DNA of 64,000 nt, from the NCBI RefSeq assembly GCF_033153115.1, contig NW_026889803.1:50344001-50408000 (forward strand), given 5' to 3'. Position numbers and translations under genes: made by a program. How positions within the stretch are numbered: position 1 is the stretch's first letter; each line of letters opens with the position of its first letter. Under the pieces are notes generated by a model. It did no database searches and was not told the DNA's origin. It saw only the letters and a list, made by a program, of their open reading frames with translations. Positions 13,180 to 26,700 of the stretch are shown piece by piece. The DNA comes from Saccostrea echinata (lineage: Eukaryota).

Positions 13180-15015
13180 GTGAAGATAATGAAGAAAGTT
13201 CAATCTAAAAAAATCCACAAACAATACAAATCTGTGAACAGGGCATAAAGCACGGACCCCCCCCCCCCCGGAAATTCCAGAGGTGGAATCAGGTGTCTAG
13301 ATGGAGTATGCATCCCCTGTCGACCAGTCACGCCGCCGTGAGCCCTGTGTATTGATCAGGTAGACGGATTATTTGGCAGTCAAATTTAGCATAAAACAAA
13401 GGCTTAACAATTGTAAAGAAAAACGTCAGCAAAATTACGACCCAGTGATAGGATATATTTGCTAACAAGGTCATTATAACAGCCATAGAATTTACGAAAT
13501 GCTAACGTTAAACGAGGTTGTTGTAATCCCTGTAACATCAACTTATCTGTCAATAGTCTGTCTCGGTTTAAAAATTGATCGTGCTCAGAGCATGTTTTGC
13601 GTATCGAATGAGTTGGGATACATATATACCATATCAAGGTGACAACGGAATATTACTGCATATATTACATATATTACTACATAATGAGGAAAGTTGACGG
13701 AAAAGTAAAAGTCATCTCCTTTGTCATACAATTTAGTTGTTAGTTATCTCTTATCGTCTATAGTCAGCAAAACATCCAAATATGAAACAGATCTGTCAGC
13801 CTCTTTGTACCTTTATTTCAAGTTCACTGGGATATCGAGTCAATATTTGAATGAAAATAACTGTTGTTAATTGATGTCGTCAAGATATCTGAATGTCGAG
13901 TTGAAGGCCAAAGCAAGTATTTCCTTCTTCTTATATAAAAGTTTTTGAATTAATTTTGCTATATAGGAATAAAGAAACATGTCGGCTAATAGTTCCCATC
14001 AGTATCAACAGATCATTGGAAGACCTGGTCTCCAAAGACTATATAAATGTTGTCAATGAGAAAATCCAGCATCCTTTTAACATCAACCTCAGAGTACTTG
14101 TGTGTATAATATTTAACACAGTAATTTTGTTGATAACCAATAACAAAATTTCCGTTCGAAATTTCATCTCTAGAAAGTGAACTGTGAGTATATGTTGGAT
14201 TTCCAGACATAGAATCAAAACCAAGTTCTTCTAAAATACAGTTAAAATAATGAGCCTTATAAACAAAGACGATATTGTTACAACCTTGTCTGCTGGGACC
14301 ATAACATATTGGTCATATTGTCTGACTAATTCTTTTATCACCTAAAATTTAGTGAAAGCGGAAGCATAGTTGGTTTTCATATTGCCATTTTACTTTCTAA
14401 CACAACTCTTCTGGATATTTCTAAAGCACAATCCATTCTGAACTTCATATTTAGCCCAACGTCTGGCATAATCTTGGACAGATTTCATAATAGAAAAGAA
14501 GGTCTGTCGCCAATTAAAAGATCTGGGCTCCTTTTTTATGTCTTTTTAAGATCATTGCTTTTAAGTCGTTATTTTCAACAATATTAACAACACTAGTAAT
14601 GACATGTCAAGCGGGATTGTAGTTGAAAGAAGAAGAGAAAAAACACTTGAGAGGATTTTGTATGAATGTTCAATATCTATTCGCTGCAAGGTTTTTCTGT
14701 AATTGAAAAGTTTGGAAGCAGCAGTTTGGGAATATATTTAGGAAATGCAGGATGTAGACTTTAACTTGAAATATCATTATGGTGGAATGTAACTTATATT
14801 AAGTGTTGTGAAATTAGGTAACTAACAAGCCCTATTCAGCTGGTGTTTAAACACGTCTTACATGATCCGCGTATCAACAGATGAGCTGTCCTTATCTGAG
14901 CCGTAGGTACGCAACTGGCCTTCAGACAACTCCCCCTTTTCGTGTTTCCAGATGTCCGATTCGTATTCTATACTGGATTTATGAGATTGATCACTCTTCA
15001 TTATCCTCACCTTTT
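13180..15015 (-). mobile_element. Degenerate Naiad-type Penelope-like element with inverted 3'-end copy at its 5' side
   Basis: The minus strand gives remnants of the linker (SSFNYNPA*HVITS), [50 protein letters not shown] and the family 3' tail. About 14940-15015 is the 3' tail in + orientation (tttatgagattgatcactcttcattatcctcacc). Confidence 0.8.
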
Positions 15016-17769
15016 TCTGGAAAAGTGAAATTGAACTTACCTATTTGGCAATATGGACTTACCTGTCTGGCAATACGGTCCTGTGTATCCTTTCAGACAG
15101 GAACAGGTACTAGTTCCAGGGTTACATAAACCACCACCTACAGCCGAGTTGCATTGCATGTCCCCCCAACAAGGACCGCCTGAAACACATACTTACTACA
15201 ACAAAGAGCATACTAACTGCCTTTGAGGGACACATGCTGTGTAACTTTGAAAAAATATTTCAATACTTCCAAACGCATTAGACAATATATATCAACCATA
15301 GAATGAACATAAACTGATTTGTATTTCAGCATCAAACATAAGAGGTGGACTATGCACATTCGTATCAGTCTTTGCTGTAGCAGAGTAAAATACGAGTGAC
15401 AAGACCAGAATTCAAACACGGGACTCTTCGGTTCAAAAGAGGTGCTCTTAGCTCTACAAACTCTATTGTCACCTGCAAACAAACCTTCCTATTCGCCAAA
15501 GAACCGAATTCATTGTATTGAAAGAGTCAGAAAGATTTGACAAGCACTTCTATTAAAGAAGAAATACATACTTTACAAGCGTGTTGCTTTTGCAAGATGA
15601 AAAAAGAAATTGCATCGATACGGGGGGAGGGGTGTAATACAATTACTATTTTGCAGCTTTCTTTCTACGTACATAATCCGTGAAAATATGCATTTTATGG
15701 TAAGGGTCTCCTAAAAGTATATGCTGTTGTTTATTATCTCTTACCTTGTGCCAAAATGTCCTGAACAAATCCTATTGAATAAAAAAGGAGATTTGAATTT
15801 ATTTGTTGCTGAGATATCCATATTATCACACAAACATACCAAACATCATAGGAACAGGCGAGCTGGTTTATGAGTGCCAAAATATGTCTAAATTGATTAA
15901 TTAACTCATTTTATATCTTTTATACTCTTACCTAAAAGTAGTGAAGCCAAGAAGAAAAATTTATGAAAAGACTGAACTTTCTTCATCTAGACATGGGGAA
16001 AAAGTATTGGTTAAGTGATGTTTATTTCAGACAGAAAATAAGAGATGAAGGAAATAATGACTTTTTCACCCTCAATTCTTTTTTTTAATAGATTATATTT
16101 AAAACTTACTTCAATTTCAATTTAAATTTCAGTTAATAAACTTGACTTTCTCTTAAGGATGATGGTGAAGTGGATTGTTTCTGTTGAAAAAAAAAGTACT
16201 TTAGAAGATATGATATAGAATTATCGAAACATTCAAGAGGTATTGGCATTGGCAGATCTGGAATAAAGCCTTACTGAATGCTTATTAAGAATATACTTTT
16301 TCAACACCCACACTAAAGATATTGAGACGTTACTGTTCAATATTATCGGGTACGATTTGATTAAGAAAAAAAACCTTACCTTTGATTTTAGCAATTAGAT
16401 GTAATTGGATATCTAGATCCTAAGAATAAAGAAGAGTACAATGAAAACCTTAGTCTTCCAACAAATGAATTATGGGTATGCATATTCATAGACCAGCCTA
16501 TCAACATCTGTAACAAATAATAAGAATGTCAAAAAAATGACAAATGACAGAATTTTTCGAATCCCTCGGGTGTAATATAGCTACATGATTTATCTTTTCA
16601 TACTTTCCGTGAAAAATATAGTCAAATTCACGTATACAGTTTTGTTTTGTTTTTCTTGAATTTGAGATTAAAATTTGTATTTAAATCATTGTTTGTTATT
16701 TAAACTGCACATTATTTTAAAAGGAAAATTAATTGCTTGGAAAGTATGTACTAGTTATGTTTCTAAATCCACTCCAAGTGAAAGGTTTATGATATTAACT
16801 ATAACGTAATGTAGCATTTAAACCGAACAACATAAGTCCAGAAATTGCATTTAAATTATATATAATGTAACTAATAAAGCAAAAAGATTAGATTAAATAT
16901 AATTCTACGCATCAACAATTCAAAATATTTAAAAAAAAAAAAAAAATGAAAATTGCTATTTACAAAATTTACAACATTCTATGATTATCTATATCACATA
17001 TATTAATTGATAACAAAAAATCAATTATGAGAGTTTTTTATCACGTTGTGCATGTTACATAATATACCAGTCTTACACTTTTAAAGAAAGGGTTAAGATA
17101 TATGGGAATTAAGTGCATCCCGACTTCGCAAGGGGAAAAACTTGATTAAAATCAGAACGTCACAAGGTATCCCTTCATCAATTATAATTTTGGACATGTG
17201 CAAATATATAGGATAATACCTGGTTAATTGATTACAGACGTGGTGGGGAATCGTATATAGACCGTGTTTAGTATTGACCAAGTCTAAAGAGCTACCACTT
17301 AAGGGGGTAACAGCTGGGAGGGTGACGAGTAAAGAAATGTGAATTTATCAATCGATGAAATATGATAAAAAGATGCCATAAACACTGGAGTGCAGGATTT
17401 CATTAATTTTGGGTGTCGTTTAAACACTGCACTTGAAAACACCAGCCTCTGGTTATTAAATTTATTTATAAGGTTAGTAATTGTTTTGTAGGTGATTATA
17501 GCTTTATATCATAAGAATATGAGTAGAACGTATTCATCGCTTATATGTAGAAATTAAAAGCATATTTCGAATATTAAGAAAAGAAGAACATTGATAGACG
17601 ATCGATGATCTTTCACAAATTTTGATAAATGTTTAAATCACCATAAAACATTTATCATTAACATTTTTGTTGAGTTCTCATGTTTGTCTTATAAACCTGG
17701 ATATACTAATTAATTAATTTATCTTCGTCTCAGAAAAGAGAAATGCAGTGATAAGAAAGGCTGGGTAAT

Positions 17770-20700
17770 ATGAATTTACTTCTATTGCTTCTGGTACTTG
17801 TCAGCTGGGACCAGTCGCTTGGAAGTAATCCTCTCAACATTTATGATGGACAAGGTAAAACAAACAATAATAAAAACCTAAAAATTAATCAAAGGAAGTT
17901 AATAAATGAAATTCCTATGTTTGAAGATGTACCTTCTTTTATTTTGTATTCATTATGCAAAACATGCCTTGATTCTACATGTGACGCAGGGGGCATGTTC
18001 ATATACATATATACGCATGTATTTATGATACCTGATACAGAAATTGTGGAGTAAAATAAACACAATGGTTTTGTGTTAAGTGTGTACTTATCCTCATATG
18101 ATCCATATACAGATGTACTTTTACAGGAATCTTTATGTACTTATGTAGGGAATTGTAAGCCTGTCTGTCCATGCTTGATGGATGGTATCAACTATGATCA
18201 CGGAGATCAATGGACAAAGCGTGGACAACCATGTACAACATATGAATGTGTCAATGGTTTCTACAGGGCTATCAAAGAAGGTTCTCTCTTAACATCTGTC
18301 ATTTCAACTATTTGCACTGAATCTTGATAATTTTAATAAAAATTACAAGTCAGTTATTTAATAGCCATTGTTAACATTATTAAGGGACCACTCAAATCGG
18401 GGTAGAGTGGGATGGAGTACTTTTCAGATTTTCGATGGAGTTGTGCAACGGAGATATTCCAGTCCTACTCTTATGAAATATTAAAATATTTTCAAATTCC
18501 TCTCTACACTACATGTATTTCATATCTATATATACAACACATGATGAAAATATTGTTTTATGTTCAAAAAAATGTTTTAAAAATTTGACTGCTTCGAAAT
18601 TCTACCTTAATTGAGTTCTAAGTTCCTGATGAAAACTACATGTACAATTAGATGACTTTATATGAGGGCTTTTACATACCTATACATCGACTAAATAAAT
18701 GTATTATGATATAAAATTCATACATATTTCTACACCTTTTTAAAAAATATTTATAAAGCATAAAAAAGTTACGAATTCCAGCAACCCAATATACTGCTAC
18801 TAGAAAACACTCAGATGTAGGAAGGAACACATTATATAAGGTTCCACATTTTAATATATGTTTTATATTTTTTATTTTTATATATTTTGTATAATCATTT
18901 TATGTGTATAATGATGCTGTGTATTTATCAGGTTGTGATTATAAGGGAACATGCAAGAACTCGGGAACCACGTGGACGGAGCGCTGCTTTACTTATAGAT
19001 GTAATACTACAGATGAAATTTCTCACTATTCTCTAGTGGAGGGAGGTAAGGCTAAAGTAGACATAGGAGTAAAGTGAACATAATAATTGCTTTAAAAAGT
19101 AATTGTGCGTAATCAACCTTGTCAATTAATTCATTTTTCTGACATTACATGAACAAAACAATTTTCATCATACAAAATTATTCTGTGCTATCTTATGCAT
19201 TTCTTTTGTAAACAATATCATCAGTTCATGAATCAATTTAAATTAAATTTTCTCAGGTTGTTTAGACTCGAATGGTAACTGTCGAGCCGTTGGGGAAAGG
19301 TTTTCTCAAAATTGTGATACGGTTGAGTGCCAAATAGTGAATGGTTCCTGCTTCCATTTGGTTACGCTAACAAAGGGTAAATATTCTAAAAACTTGATAA
19401 CATATATGGTTTTACTTTAATGTTGAATACTACCTTTACGTATATATAAAGTGATTAACCAGAGCGTGTATCATTCAAGCATAAATCGTTTTCTGATTAT
19501 GACCTAACAGCTCTCTTGACAGCAAGTATGTAATCAGTATATAATGAACATACTGACCTCAGCCAATAAAAATAGGTAGCAACTGTTCCTTCGCGAAGCG
19601 CTCGGCACTTTGAGTTGAAAGTTGCAGGTCTTTCGGATGAGTCCTTAAAAAACCGAGGCCCCTTGACGAGGCAAGTGTTGACACAATAAAGATCCCTCAC
19701 TGTGCAATTGTCTTGAGTGCCAAGTAAAGGTCTAATTTGAAGCCCTTCGCCGGTTTATGGTGACGTCTCTATATGAGTGACAATCTCTCGAATGCGAGAA
19801 CAACATATTTACTTTTTCTCTGAGCTTTGAGTAGTACGAAAACTGCTTTTACTACTGTCAAGTACATCTATTCCGTAAATATTGAATATTTTTTTATATT
19901 AAGGGGTACCGACCCTCTGATAAGAGAAATAACTTTCCAAGTAAAAAATATGAATACTACTCATAGTTTTCATTGTCAGAGTTTTATTATCGAGACCTTG
20001 GAGTAGTCAATTCGATCAAACCTGACATATGATGGAAACATAAGCTTCTATTTCCTTTGCTTATACTTTTCAAATTGTTTTATTATATTTAACAAAAAAC
20101 ATTTAAATTCAGTAATAAAAGCTTTATAAATTGAATAAGTTCTATCTTTTTAAGAACCATTTTAAAAATGGTTAAATGTTTCAAGTACCAAATGTAGAAT
20201 TTTTATTAGTATTACATTTTTCCCCAATGAAAAAAAATATTTATAAGAAAGATAACTCTTGCTAAGAGATGAATTTTTTTCTTACAACTACATACAACAT
20301 TGTGATATTATGACTTAGGAAGCAGCGCTTTATTACTTTTTCTAATATGAATTTAATAGGTGTGATACTAATTATTATTTTCATATACACCTCATATTTT
20401 TAATTTTATATTGTGATACTAAATCATTACTCTTTCTATCCTCTGTGTTAAAATTTCTTCATATCATGATCCGACATAAAAATCATTTCTGAAAAAATAA
20501 GCAGCGCTTCATGCCTCATACTGTTTTCCATTTGAAGCTGATGCTATAGCTCTTGATGAAAATCAATGTTGGGAAGTTTAAAAAAACTTTGTGAAATTTA
20601 GGTAGAGGGTCATTAGTCCTTAAGCACGTGAAATATGTCGATCTATGAATATATACCAATATAGACACTATACACATGTTAAAGCGGAAAAAGTGGTACT

Positions 20701-23700
20701 GTACGAAACTCAGGCCNNNNNNNNNNNNNNNNNNNNNNNNNNNNNNNNNNNNNNNNNNNNNNNNNNNNNNNNNNNNNNNNNNNNNNNNNNNNNNNNNNNN
20801 NNNNNNNNNNNNNNNNNNNNNNNNNNNNNNNNNNNNNNNNNNNNNNNNNNNNNNNNNNNNNNNNNNNNNNNNNNTAAAAAAGGAAAAGTCATAATACATG
20901 TTTTAAAAATAAAATTGTCTTTCATAAATCTGTATATAGAATCAAATAAAGTCATAGGAATAAAGCTTGTAATTTCGGCATAACTTTACTCAGTAAAATG
21001 CTTAAAGCTACAATATATGTCGTGTATACACAGAAACTTTATTGTAAACATTTACTGTTTTGCATGTATTATGCATTTTTTATCGTTCGAAATATTATAT
21101 TAATCGTTTTAAAATCATATATGATAAGCATTTCCTTTTAAATCAGCTTCGTACCAAGAAAACCTGATCTATATTGATTCACTAGATATTGACTTTCTTG
21201 ATTTGTGGTTATTTGGCCGTGTTTCTAACAATCATTCCAATTCAAGATGACAAACTATACATTTGTTTTCTATCTAAGAATAGAGGTCATTGTACGATGA
21301 GTTGTGCGTCTTCATGTAGACCTTTTCACAATTTTTCTATCCATAAATAAAAATCTGCTTGAGTAGTCATTCATAGCCATTCTTTAATGATACAGTGAAA
21401 ATTTATCAAAAAAGCAGCACGATTAACAACGACTTGAAGAGATTGTGAGCAACACAAACTGTGAGTCGAGAGATTGGTCACAGTCATCCAATTTAATATG
21501 ACAGCAGTACAATTGTGCTCCAGTCTCTGTACCCCTGTTGGTGATATTTACCACTTTCTGTTGTTGCAGCATAAGTTGAAGTTTTCTAAGGGTCATTGAA
21601 CTACTTTCCTTTAACAGGATGCACGTTTGAGGGAGAGTGCAGGTCACTAAACTCTTTCTGGCATGACGGCTGTTCTGTATACCAGTGTACTCAAGCCTCG
21701 AACAGTGTGACATATCAGAAATTGACCAATGGTGAGCAGAAAGAAGTACATATGAGCGCACTAATTTATGATCTTTTGTTTAATTCCCATATATTTATAA
21801 ACAGTCGCTACAATTATGTTTGTGTAAAAAGAAATGTATAAAATAACAAAACAGAAAAGTTAATAAAGATTGTTTAGAAATAACACTTTAGTTTCACAAA
21901 ATAATAATCTGCATTCTGACTCTACACTGACTTAAAAAAATCTTATTGAATTCTGCTCTGTTTATTTTATGTACATCTCTCACACACCCCTGTATGCAGA
22001 GACGAATCTTTTCTGTAACATTCTTATCTTTGCTTACTCATTATAATCTGAAGTAAAAAATTATTTTGCAAGCCATTGGTTTGAAATGACCAGAGTGGAA
22101 AACCTAAGAAAGTAATTCTTTGAGGGAGTAGAACATAGTAATCCTTATTAGGGAGTAGTACAATGTAATCTTTACTTATTCGAATTTCTTTGTTACAGTG
22201 TTATTAGCTAAACATCAACTGCCCTCAATCCACCACCAAAAGAGGTGGCCTTAATTTAGCACATTAACATTATCCTAATTAATCATGCATTTTATAGTTA
22301 CCTGTCCATCTTTTTCATCTCCGTAATACCATTTCATTTCATTGTAGCTGAAATAAAATATTATAGTAACAAGAACAGATTAACAACAACCATTGTGATA
22401 CATCTTTTCATTTAAAAAAATCTAAATATCAAAAAATACAACCTGAAAACAAGTCTAGACGTATTTGGTAGAGGTGATGTATTGGCCAAAGGGATCATAC
22501 GGTTTGTTGATGCCAGAGGAGGGTTGTCCTAATGATATTCGGCCATCCTGGAGCAATGGTAGCCGCCTTCACTACAGTAACGGTAAATCTGTGCCTTCTT
22601 TCTCCTTCCATTTGTATGGTAACTACTCAAGGATCTCTTTTGAACACTACTTCTGCATTCATGATGAGGAAGTTGACCCGTTCCAGCTGCCTCGTTATCA
22701 AACCTACTGGGATGCTGGGAACTATTGCATATTCCGGAAGTTGGGCCAGTGTCCAAGCGGTATGGACTTTCTAACATATTTTTTTAAAATTCTATGTTGG
22801 AACTTAAGGGAGTAACAATAGTGCATAATCAAAAATGTCAGAGAAATACCAATTATTCGTCAATGATTAAATGCTTTTGACCTTTTAGGATTTCGAGAGG
22901 GCTTTGTTGGAATGGATGATCTTAATGGTTTAGAATTTATGCAAACCGTGAATGGGTCTGTCCCTGATGGAATCTATGATAAGGATACAGGGTTTTTCTT
23001 TTGTTGCCGATCTGACGGAGACATAGAAATACCCATCATTCTACCCAAAAATGAACCGTTCGTCTTGTTTATGGCTAATGGTAGCACGGATTGTCAGTCA
23101 GTTAGAGGTAAGCTTTTAACTGTACTATATACTCAAATAATGGTGATATGATAAATCAAATTTCGATGAGAAGAAATATTTTTTCCAAGTTCTGAAATTG
23201 TAATTGAATATATTGCACTAAATGCAAGCCTTATAGTAAAGTTAATTTGATGCACATATGTTTGATAGTGTTTGCATTAATTGTAATGGATCATTTTACC
23301 TTTTTAATAAATTTCACTTGGGTAAAGAGTGGAATGAATATAAAACTGGTTCATGGGTCTTTTTTAACTTGTAGGTATGCGACACAGTCTCGAGTTTTTC
23401 CTGTTTGATGACGAAAATGTTAATACTACACTCTACCAGAATGGCTCACTACCAGAGGTTAAACGTGGAACAAATAACACCGTCATCTACTTCTGTTACT
23501 ACAAGCCTATAACTTGTGGTATGGTTATTAGGCTTTTGATAAAATTCCTTTTTAGCATTATGAGAGAGTGTGAGCTTTGAGAGTTACATTCAACATAAGT
23601 TAATTTTTCTTCTAAAGTATCAAGTTATCTTGTACGGTATATTCAAATCTTAATATGTTTTCCTATCTATATTAAGTGTGTTATAATCCTCGGTCTAATA

Positions 23701-26700
23701 TCTTAAGTTTTATAATAATAGGCTCTGGAGTGGTGTCATGTTGTAAATTTTGAATATACCGGGTGGCAGGAAATACAAAATTTACAAGACAACTTGTCAT
23801 GTTGTAAATTTTGTATTTTTTCCCGGTATATTCAAAATTTACAACATGACAGTGGTATGGTTCATAACTTTTGTTTATTTCATTAGAGAAAAATACTTGG
23901 TAGGCATTTGTATTTTAATTTTCTTTTTAGTCAATGTAATTGTGATTCTCAAATAAAATCAAAGTTCAAAAACTCAGATCTCCTGTGAGAAGGGAAATTA
24001 AGTGAATAAGAATGCAGTTTGGCGACGTCAATAATCTAGCCATATGTTATGTGTTCTGAGCATGAGAAACAGCATTGTTTTAAAAATGAAAAGAACCTGA
24101 AAAGGTTCTATCTGACTTTAAGTGTGGGCGTCTAGCTAGTTTTATCTTTTCGACAAAAAAAAAGGTTTCACTTTTAAATATTGGAGGTTTTTCTATGGGG
24201 TAATAAATATTTATGATATCTTTTTTAAACTAAAATATGAAGCAGATTTTTTTCTATCATCAAATAAGCTTTTAAAGGAATAAAAAGGAAAATACCCCAG
24301 TAGTTATTTTTATGAAACATTTTAGGATGTGAAGATGAAAGTGGAAATATGATAAAACTAGGAGAAAAGGTGAAGAAGAATTGTGTATGGTACCTCTGCA
24401 AATCATATCAAAAGAACATGCGATACTTAGAGGTCTTAAAGGGAGGTAATTAAAGTTTATAAAATCTAATAAAGAAATCAATGTTCAATACAACGAGGGT
24501 ATATGTAATTCGTACTAGTGTTTTGACAAAATGTATGCTTCACTTTTAAAATACAGGTTGTACATGGAACAATAGATGTGTACCTGAAAACACTATTTGG
24601 ACAGAGAATAAAGGCAGCATGTGTATACAGTATACGTGTACAAAACAAAATGGTGGATCTTATCCGGAGTACTTTGTTAAGAAGCTACATCAAGGTAGGA
24701 ATCTTCATTGAATCACAGGGAATATAAAATATGACAACAATGATTGTAATTTTGTAAAAAAAAAATATCTCCTATTTACTTGACAAGGTTGTATAGATGG
24801 CAAAAAGTGTAGAGGACTAGGATTCAGCAAGAGGCGAGGTTGTTATGAATTACAATGCCGAGTTCACCCTCAAGTCCAAAGACCTTATTACAAGCTTGTC
24901 CGTGCAGGTATATCATAGTCAAATCATACAATCTTGGTTTTGATTTTGGTCCCAGTTAATTATGTTTGGCTTACAACTTGCAGTGTTTCTCCCTGTGGTT
25001 AAATTACAATAAACGTTAAAATATATGATATTTAGACAAATAATTCATATGGTAAGGGTAGGGATACGTGTAATTTTGAGATCGCAATAGTCGAGATAGC
25101 ATCATTTTTTTTCTTTTATTTTATTTTATAGTCATTTTAATTACTAAAAAACATGCAAAAATTTTATAGCATACGTAGTTATATTAAAAGAAAATCTTAT
25201 ACTGATAAACCAATTAAAGGACAGTGGTTAAATATAAAGGTTTTCCCTCTAAGGATTAACAGCATTAGATAAATTGAAGAACAGACAAACACTCGCTGCA
25301 CTTTTGAACATTTAAATTGAATTATAATGTCCATGATGTTGTTACATTCTATGGGCTGTAAACAAAGTGAGTTTACTATTATTGAAAAGAAAAAGGTCTC
25401 GAGATAGAATTGCCATTGAATTATTAAATTGTATTTCATTTAGAATACAAATTAATCTTTGCTTTATTTGTAACTTTAAAAATACTTGGCATGCAAACTA
25501 TATTTTCGATTATGCCAAAGTTATGATGGTTTTGATAATTTAAAAAAAAATCAGAATTTCATATCTTGGGTAAAAAAGACAAAATTAGTTGATTAAAATG
25601 TAGTTTGGCGATGTTGAAAACTAGCTATGGAATTAAAGCATTGTCTGATTTTAGACTGAACACCGTTTACTGCAATAAAGTCTAATTTAAATAATATTCA
25701 AATAAAATTTGCATGATTGCTCAGCAGGTTTCGTCTTTTCTTTACAAGGACGCAAGGAGTGCTCAGCGCTTTCATAAAACCTTTTTACCAGCATATTTCT
25801 GTAAAGTTCTGTGTGTGTTGAAATTACAAAGAATTCCTTGAAGACGTCAATATCAGAAGTGTTTATACCATTTTTTTTTTTTTACCAAATTTGGAGATGG
25901 GCTAACATAGCATGCAGAAAGCCTATAGCTTCAGATATATAAAAATCATGCTCAGTTTGTGAATTTAGTATTTAGAGTTAAGTTCTCATTATTGAAATTT
26001 ATGAAATTATGATAAACAAAACTTTTCTGAGGAAAATCTTCTCGGTAAAATTCTTTCATTAGAAAAATAAAGTGGTATTCGTGGGGTTCGAACCCTAGCA
26101 ATAAAAATCCTGAGTGTCATTTTCTTTCGAGACTAGCGCGCTAACCACTAGACTACACAAGGCCTGATGAATATTGGCATTTAAATCATGTTTGTGATAT
26201 AATCCTTGACTTAATGGACTTAAGTATTTCTCGAAAAGATGAGAATGTTATGTCATAAAAGTATATTTTTAAGGTTTAGTGGGTCTTTGTTCCATATTTT
26301 TGATAACCAAAATATATATATTTTTATGCAAACTTAGAGGATTAACTTTCAAAAAAATGGAGCGAAGACCCACTCATATCGAAAATTAGAGTTATAGTAT
26401 GAGAAAATGACTCTTTTTGCTTTCTTAAGTGTGCGTATAATACTTCATAAACAAATATTTTCAATCTTTGTGAGATTTTTGCAAATTGTAGAGATTTTAC
26501 ATAAGGAATAATTTAATGTTAGATGAAATATCAAGGAAAATTTTGATATAATTGAGATTTAATTTTTCACCTTCATGATTGTCATACTATGGGCTTATAG
26601 CTCGTCATGTTCACCCATCTTCTTACGCAAAATTACAGACGTTGCCTTTGAGTCATGAAACAGACTTAAACTTTTGTAAGAATTTGAACATTCAAGATTA

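Noticed and set aside
422-17281. Numerous 60-113 aa ORFs in the first 17 kb
   Set aside because: Low-complexity AT-rich or TE-derived frames without motifs or coherent splice structure.
20516-20983. ORFs spanning X runs (also 35597-35809)
   Set aside because: Created by assembly gaps.
26078-26160. Functional tRNA gene
   Set aside because: Has A/B boxes but no proper cloverleaf or anticodon arm; more likely SINE-derived. The same applies to ~15405-15460.
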